Assembly: GCA_046153645.1 (NCBI GenBank) | Contig: JBJXGI010000073.1 | Coordinates: 1 to 11,111, forward strand | Direction of reading: 5' to 3' | Source of the DNA: Elusimicrobiota bacterium | Lineage (GTDB): Bacteria; Elusimicrobiota; Elusimicrobia; F11 | DNA length: 11,111 nucleotides | Notes under the pieces: generated by a model | What the model was told of the DNA's origin: nothing | What the model saw: the letters and a program-made list of their open reading frames with translations, nothing else | Databases searched by the model: none | Shown here: piece after piece, positions 6,674 through 11,111 of the stretch | How positions within the stretch are numbered: the first letter of the stretch is position 1 | Layout of the letters: every line of letters starts with the position of its first letter | Position numbers and translations under genes: made by a program

Positions 6674-7207
6674 ATGACCCCTGGTTCTCAGCTAGAATTA
6701 AAACAATTCATTAGAGACATCCCCAATTTTCCTAAACCAGGTATTTTATTTCGAGATATCACAACTCTCCTCAACAATCCTATTGCCTTTAAATCAGCCA
6801 TTGATGACCTCGCTTATCGTTTTAAAGATAAAGGAATCACTAAAATTGTCGGAATTGAATCTCGAGGTTTTTTAACAGCGGCTCCCTTAGCCTATCTTTT
6901 AGGGGCTGGTTTTATTCCCGTTCGAAAAAAAGGAAAACTTCCTTATCAAACAAACTCTGTTTCATATGCGCTTGAGTATGGGTCTGATACTTTAGAAATC
7001 CATACGGATGCAATTAAAAAAGATGAAAAAGTTCTTATTGCCGATGACCTTTTGGCAACAGGGGGGACGGCAAAAGCAACTTGTGAATTGATTGAAAAAA
7101 GTGGGGGCAATATAGTCGGACTTGCTTTTCTTATTGAATTAACGGGACTTAATGGCAGAAATGCCTTAAAGAATTATAATATCCAGTCATTAATGACTTT
7201 CCACTAA
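6674..7207 (+). CDS. apt: Adenine phosphoribosyltransferase
   Basis: IRDIPNFPKPGILFRDITTLL, GIESRGF, VRKKGKLP, YALEYG and the PRPP-binding motif VLIADDLLATGGT. Starts 6 nt after the sigma stop codon. Confidence 0.97.
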   Translation: MTPGSQLELKQFIRDIPNFPKPGILFRDITTLLNNPIAFKSAIDDLAYRFKDKGITKIVGIESRGFLTAAPLAYLLGAGFIPVRKKGKLPYQTNSVSYALEYGSDTLEIHTDAIKKDEKVLIADDLLATGGTAKATCELIEKSGGNIVGLAFLIELTGLNGRNALKNYNIQSLMTFH

Positions 7208-7227
7208 ATATAATGAAAAGGATTTTT

Positions 7228-7300
7228 GTCTCCGTAGCTCAATTGGAAGAGCGGCTCCGTCCTAAGGAGAAGGTTGCTGGTTCGATTCCGGCCGGGGACA
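7228..7300 (+). tRNA. tRNA-Arg (anticodon CCT), CCA not encoded
   Basis: Acceptor stem GTCTCCG/CGGGGAC, D arm GCTC-AATTGGAA-GAGC with the A20 arginine identity element, anticodon arm gCTCC-GTCCTAA-GGAGa (CCT at 7261-7263), T arm GCTGG-TTCGATT-CCGGC and discriminator A7300. Confidence 0.93.
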
Positions 7301-7312
7301 GAATAAATATAT

Positions 7313-7966
7313 ATGAATACAACTGAAAACGCAGAACAAAAAATAACCAATGGCATAAAATCTTTTTTTGAATGGTCTTTTTCAAATATCCAAACCATTG
7401 GAATTGCATCGGCCATTATCATAGGTGCTATTCTTATTGGAAGTGTTTTTGTTTTAAGACAAAAAGAGGCGCACGAAACCCAACTAACAAATTTAGCTAT
7501 TGCTGAAAAATTTATTGGTCAAAAACAATATCCCAACGCTGAAAAAATATTAACTGAAATAAAAAATAAAAATCCGAAAAAAAATGTTTTATTGCCTACC
7601 TTATATTATCTGGGTGATATTGCGACGCATTCTAATTCCCTAGATAAAGCCTTGGAATACTTAAATGAAGCCAAAGGCATATCTAATAACTCACCATTCC
7701 TTCCCTTAATCCTTTCCAATATTGGATTCGTTTATGAAGAGAAGAAAGATTTTTCTTCTGCTGCAGATACCTATCGCCAATTCATGAATTCTTTTTCTGA
7801 GCATTTTATGTCGCCGCGGATTCAATACAGTTTGGGGAAAACATTAGTCCTTTCAGGAAAAAATGACGAAGGTCGTAAAGAGCTTGAACGACTCGTGGAT
7901 CTTTACCCTTCTTCAAAATGGGCCGAAAAATCACGTATAATGATGGACAAATCAAAAACTCGCTGA
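7313..7966 (+). CDS. Membrane-anchored tetratricopeptide repeat protein (YfgM/CpoB-like architecture)
   Basis: Single N-terminal TM helix (IGIASAIIIGAILIGSVFVL) followed by TPR-like units: YYLGDIA...ALEYLNEA, SNIGFVYEEKKDFSSAADTY and YSLGKTLVLSGKNDEGRKELERLVDLYPSSKWAEKS. Confidence 0.88.
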   Translation: MNTTENAEQKITNGIKSFFEWSFSNIQTIGIASAIIIGAILIGSVFVLRQKEAHETQLTNLAIAEKFIGQKQYPNAEKILTEIKNKNPKKNVLLPTLYYLGDIATHSNSLDKALEYLNEAKGISNNSPFLPLILSNIGFVYEEKKDFSSAADTYRQFMNSFSEHFMSPRIQYSLGKTLVLSGKNDEGRKELERLVDLYPSSKWAEKSRIMMDKSKTR

Positions 7967-7972
7967 TAAAAT
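7944..7972 (+). promoter_or_regulatory. Putative sigma-70 promoter with extended -10 for the first beta-barrel gene
   Basis: TGGACA (7944-7949), 17-bp spacer, TAAAAT (7967-7972), preceded by TG at 7964-7965 (the TGA stop of the TPR gene). SD AAGGGGG at 8051-8057. Confidence 0.6.
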
Positions 7973-8065
7973 AAGACAAATTTGATTTCTGTTTTTTTTA
8001 GTTTTCTGAGTTTATAGTAGTACAGCGTTGTACAAATCTAAAAAACTCCTAAGGGGGAAAACATA

Positions 8066-9433
8066 ATGAAGAAACTAATGGCTTTGGCCATAGTTAGTGT
8101 TGTCGCCGCGTCCACGCCGTCGTGGGCAATTATCGGCATGGGAGACATCAAATTCGATGGCTCTCTAGAAGTAAGTGGTAACTCCGCTAATAACGAAACT
8201 GACTTCGCTCCAGCCAATGATCACAGAGGAAACACAACTTCTCGTGTTCGTTTGGGAATGGATACTGTTGTCACAGAAGGTGTTAACGGTAGATTAGAAG
8301 TAACCAGAACAGCAGAAAGAGCAGGATCGGGAGAAGTATTATACGGTGGTTCTAGTCGTTCAAATAGCGTGCATACGGAATCGGCGAACCTTTTCCTTGA
8401 TAATGCTTACGTTGAATTCGAAAATCTATGGAATCACAAGTTTCGCTTAGGACGACAATATGTTGGTCAACAGGGCGATCTTATTTGGCATATCGGGCCA
8501 AAAAGTGACGATAGCTTATCAGTTACATCAATTGACGGATTGCGGGCGGAATGCACGCAAATTGAAAAATGGCTTGGTGAGCTCTTCGTTGGTAAACTCT
8601 CTGAAGATGATGCTGTTGCAAACTCAGATGCTGGTGATACCACTGGTGATGTGAATCTCGGAAATCTTTCTGTTGTTTACAGCTTACGTCCAGAAGCGAT
8701 ATTAAATGCTGGATTCCTCTGGGGCGTTGATTCAAACACTGCCTCTGCAAGCGACAACAACAGACTCAACATTATCCGTGTTGGTTCAAAAGGTGGATTC
8801 CAGGAAAATCTTTTCACCTATCGAGCTGAATATCTCCAAAACTCTGGTGCCCTTCAATCAGGTACAACTGATTATAAAGGTAGTGCCATTGATATTGGAT
8901 TTGGCTTTAATCCTAAAGATACATCCATTGGAAATTTTGGATTATGGCTCAACTATGTTCAGGCCTCCGGCGATGATAAATCTGATAAAGAAGATAAATC
9001 ATTTCATGATTTTTCAACATTTGGAACCAACACCTCAGATCGTTACTTCGGAGAGATTTATGGCCGAAGCAATACTTTGGGTGGCGGAACCCCTTCTGGT
9101 CAAGGCCTAGATTCTGGTGTTCAAGGATCTGGTTTAGTGGTCCTTAATTTTGGGTTTCATTTCAAACCAGCTAAACTTCCTAAGAACTGGGTTAGATTCG
9201 ATTACTTCAACTTAAAAACCGATAAAGATGTTTCGACAACTTTAGGTGATAAGCTTGGTAATGAATTAGACATAACCTTTGGTTATGACCAGTCTAACAA
9301 CGTTAAAATTGTATTTGGATATGCACAATTAACTCCAGATTCAGCACTCATTGGAAGCACCACTGCTCCTGATGATGATGTAACGAAATTCTTTGCACGT
9401 GCCAATGTTCATTGGGGCGGAGAAGATAAATAA
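8066..9433 (+). CDS. Outer-membrane beta-barrel protein, alginate export (AlgE)-like family
   Basis: Sec signal peptide MKKLMALAIVSVVAASTPSWA; alternating amphipathic beta-strands; motifs RVRLGMD, LDNAYVEF, FRLGRQ, IDGLR, YVQASGDD, RFDYF and LGNELDITFGY, typical of this porin family. Confidence 0.8.
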   Translation: MKKLMALAIVSVVAASTPSWAIIGMGDIKFDGSLEVSGNSANNETDFAPANDHRGNTTSRVRLGMDTVVTEGVNGRLEVTRTAERAGSGEVLYGGSSRSNSVHTESANLFLDNAYVEFENLWNHKFRLGRQYVGQQGDLIWHIGPKSDDSLSVTSIDGLRAECTQIEKWLGELFVGKLSEDDAVANSDAGDTTGDVNLGNLSVVYSLRPEAILNAGFLWGVDSNTASASDNNRLNIIRVGSKGGFQENLFTYRAEYLQNSGALQSGTTDYKGSAIDIGFGFNPKDTSIGNFGLWLNYVQASGDDKSDKEDKSFHDFSTFGTNTSDRYFGEIYGRSNTLGGGTPSGQGLDSGVQGSGLVVLNFGFHFKPAKLPKNWVRFDYFNLKTDKDVSTTLGDKLGNELDITFGYDQSNNVKIVFGYAQLTPDSALIGSTTAPDDDVTKFFARANVHWGGEDK

Positions 9434-9460
9434 GTAAAGTTTAGATAAATTGTTTTACCG

Positions 9461-9498
9461 AAGCCCCATTGTCTTTCGAGGCAATGGGGCTTTTCTTT
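9461..9498 (+). terminator. Rho-independent terminator
   Basis: 14-bp stem AAGCCCCATTGTCT/AGGCAATGGGGCTT with one G-U pair, TTCG loop and T-rich tail TTTTCTTT, 27 nt after the stop at 9433. Confidence 0.92.
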
Positions 9499-9500
9499 GC

Positions 9501-9529
9501 TTGATGATCTCTCTTACGTCTGTTACAAT
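9501..9529 (+). promoter_or_regulatory. Putative sigma-70 promoter with extended -10 for the second beta-barrel gene
   Basis: TTGATG (9501-9506), 17-bp spacer, TACAAT (9524-9529) with TGn at 9521-9523, immediately after the terminator. Confidence 0.65.
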
Positions 9530-9568
9530 CTTCAGAATTATTAAATCTATCTCCATGGAAAATTAAAA

Positions 9569-10903
9569 ATGAAAAGAAACAAATTAATTGTATTTTTAGC
9601 TTTTACTACCCTGGTCAACTTTATTCCAAACAACTCTCAAGCCACATCACTTTCATTGGGTGCTGATTATCACCTAAAAGGTATTTCAATTACGCAACGG
9701 GATAAAACGCTTAATGATCTCGACTATTATGATCAGCGCTTACAAGGTTATCTCATTACTGATTTAAGCCAAGAGGTAGAAGCGACGATAAAAATTCAAT
9801 CCATTACTCCATGGGGATACGAAACCTCGACAACAACACTACAAAGCCGCTACCCCAACGCCAATGGGCAACTTTGGGTGCAAAATGCTTTTTTACGATT
9901 GCCTAAATTATGGAAAGATAACATTGTATTAACTGTGGGAAGGCAACCTCTTCAATGGGGGGATGGATCCATTTTATCTGATGATGAACTAGGATTTAAT
10001 GCCATCAGAGCGCAAATGAAATCTCCCTGGGAGAAATTATCTTTTGATATTGAAGGTTTTCTCGCGAAAATAAATGAAAGCCTTGCCTCAAAAGGCGATA
10101 AAGACCTCTATGGTGCTTCTATTGGTTTTGATCGACAAGCGCTTCGTTGGGAAATAATGGGACTTTTAGAAAAATCAGATGGCAATCAAAACTATGAAAA
10201 CGGCGCAGACACCACAACCTTTACTGCCAGTAAGATAGACCGCCAAATTTTGGGCGTTCGAGTAAAATCAAATCTGCGAGACGCCTATGTTAAAGGTGAA
10301 TATTACCTTCAAACAGGTAAAGTAAAACAAGCTTCTGGCGCGAGAGATGTTGATTTAAGTGGGACAGGTTATTTATTCGGTTTGGGAGGGAAATCAAATA
10401 CGTCAAAATATGGCCGTTTTGGCGCCGTTGTAGAGTATGCCGTAGGCGATGGAGATAAAGCAGACACTCCCAATAAAGATGAAAGCTTTAGGCCCAGTTT
10501 TGCAGGTCGTTGGAATGGCTTAGAAAGAAAAGGCTATGGTAAATACTATGCAGCCACATTCTCTGATGCCTACTCACCGACAGATCCATTTGGAGAGGCT
10601 TCAAGTCAAAATGACGGCCTTCCTGCCGGCACATCAGGCATACAAACCATTAAATTTGGGGTTGATTCCACGCCACTGCCGAAATGGACATTCTCATTTG
10701 ATTACTTTCAGTTTAAAGCACAAAAGAACATCTCTGGACCTAAAGAATTAGGAACCGAGTTTGATTATGGAGTTGTTTATAGATATTCAGGACTTGTGAG
10801 TGCACATGTCAGCTATTCGCAATTTAGACCAGGGGACGCTTATCCTCAATCAAGTAGGCAAACAGCGAACTTCAGTTCTGTGGAAGTATTAATTAAGTTT
10901 TAA
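9569..10903 (+). CDS. Outer-membrane beta-barrel protein, alginate export (AlgE)-like family, paralog 2
   Basis: Signal peptide ending NSQA; motifs VQNAFLRL, LTVGRQPLQWGDG, GFNAIR, YAVGDGD, FDYFQF and LGTEFDYGVVYRY; C-terminal Phe (VEVLIKF) consistent with a BAM beta-signal. Confidence 0.8.
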   Translation: MKRNKLIVFLAFTTLVNFIPNNSQATSLSLGADYHLKGISITQRDKTLNDLDYYDQRLQGYLITDLSQEVEATIKIQSITPWGYETSTTTLQSRYPNANGQLWVQNAFLRLPKLWKDNIVLTVGRQPLQWGDGSILSDDELGFNAIRAQMKSPWEKLSFDIEGFLAKINESLASKGDKDLYGASIGFDRQALRWEIMGLLEKSDGNQNYENGADTTTFTASKIDRQILGVRVKSNLRDAYVKGEYYLQTGKVKQASGARDVDLSGTGYLFGLGGKSNTSKYGRFGAVVEYAVGDGDKADTPNKDESFRPSFAGRWNGLERKGYGKYYAATFSDAYSPTDPFGEASSQNDGLPAGTSGIQTIKFGVDSTPLPKWTFSFDYFQFKAQKNISGPKELGTEFDYGVVYRYSGLVSAHVSYSQFRPGDAYPQSSRQTANFSSVEVLIKF

Positions 10904-11014
10904 ATTCAACGCCGCTTCATATTCACTTCTATAATTCAAGGTGAATCTACTTTTCTTCGTGATGCGCTAAAATCGAACCCGCTTAGGGCCTGTTGCGAAA
11001 TGAAGTGCCGAATC

Positions 11015-11100
11015 TGTCATCCCGGCCCTTTTTCTAAGGGGTGTGATTGCTGAGGAGAGAATAAGCCGGGATCCATTTGTTCCGGCGAATGTCGTGACGA
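11015..11100. repeat. REP-like palindromic element (GTCATCCCGGC...GCCGGGATCCA type) with a degenerate second half
   Basis: ATCCCGGC (11019-11026) pairs with GCCGGGAT (11065-11072), enclosing an inner CCCTT-TTTCT-AAGGG hairpin, and is followed by TTCCGGC...GTGACGA. It is GC-rich relative to the window. Only one copy is visible, so repeat status is inferred. Confidence 0.5.
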
Positions 11101-11111
11101 CCCACCTTTTT

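Noticed and set aside
7204..7422. 72-aa minus-strand ORF
   Set aside because: It overlaps tRNA-Arg and the TPR gene; PGRNRTSNLLLR is a typical antisense translation of a tRNA.
8020..8033. Short inverted repeat GTACA-GCGT-TGTAC in the leader of the first barrel gene, as a riboswitch or operator
   Set aside because: The arms are only 5 bp, expected by chance, and no riboswitch consensus was recognised.
8460..10751. Alternative-frame ORFs 8460..8654, 8523..8750, 8706..9110 and 10536..10751
   Set aside because: They are nested in the beta-barrel genes and have no independent coding evidence.
1..11111. CRISPR array or tandem DNA repeats
   Set aside because: No regularly spaced direct repeats were seen, the intergenic gaps are short, and the ASH repeats are conserved mainly at the protein level.

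Overview
AT-rich bacterial chromosomal window in which every supported gene lies on the + strand. The left 4.9 kb is the 3' part of a very large multidomain protein. Its reading frame is open to the window edge, so it is longer than 1,640 aa. In order it carries the end of a membrane module, a HATPase_c-like domain, a class I SAM methyltransferase-like domain, a protein-kinase-like domain, a complete CPBP/Rce1-like (E..FxxxH..HxxxN) membrane module, an FCP1/NIF-like HAD phosphatase domain and an unassigned C-terminal domain. A short A-S-H-[T/S] motif recurs three times exactly at the borders of the membrane modules, which suggests a self-processing polyprotein or a cassette-built giant protein; this is the most novel-looking signal in the window. 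The rest is housekeeping and envelope genes: tRNA-Pro(CGG), an OmpA-family lipoprotein, a non-primary sigma-70 factor, apt, tRNA-Arg(CCT), a membrane-anchored TPR protein and two tandem alginate-export (AlgE)-like outer-membrane beta-barrels, with clear sigma-70 promoters, one intrinsic terminator and a REP/MITE-like palindrome at the right edge. The organism is a diderm. A giant-gene-rich lineage such as Elusimicrobiota or Omnitrophota is plausible but is inference only. All domain calls come from reading motifs by eye; no searches were run.
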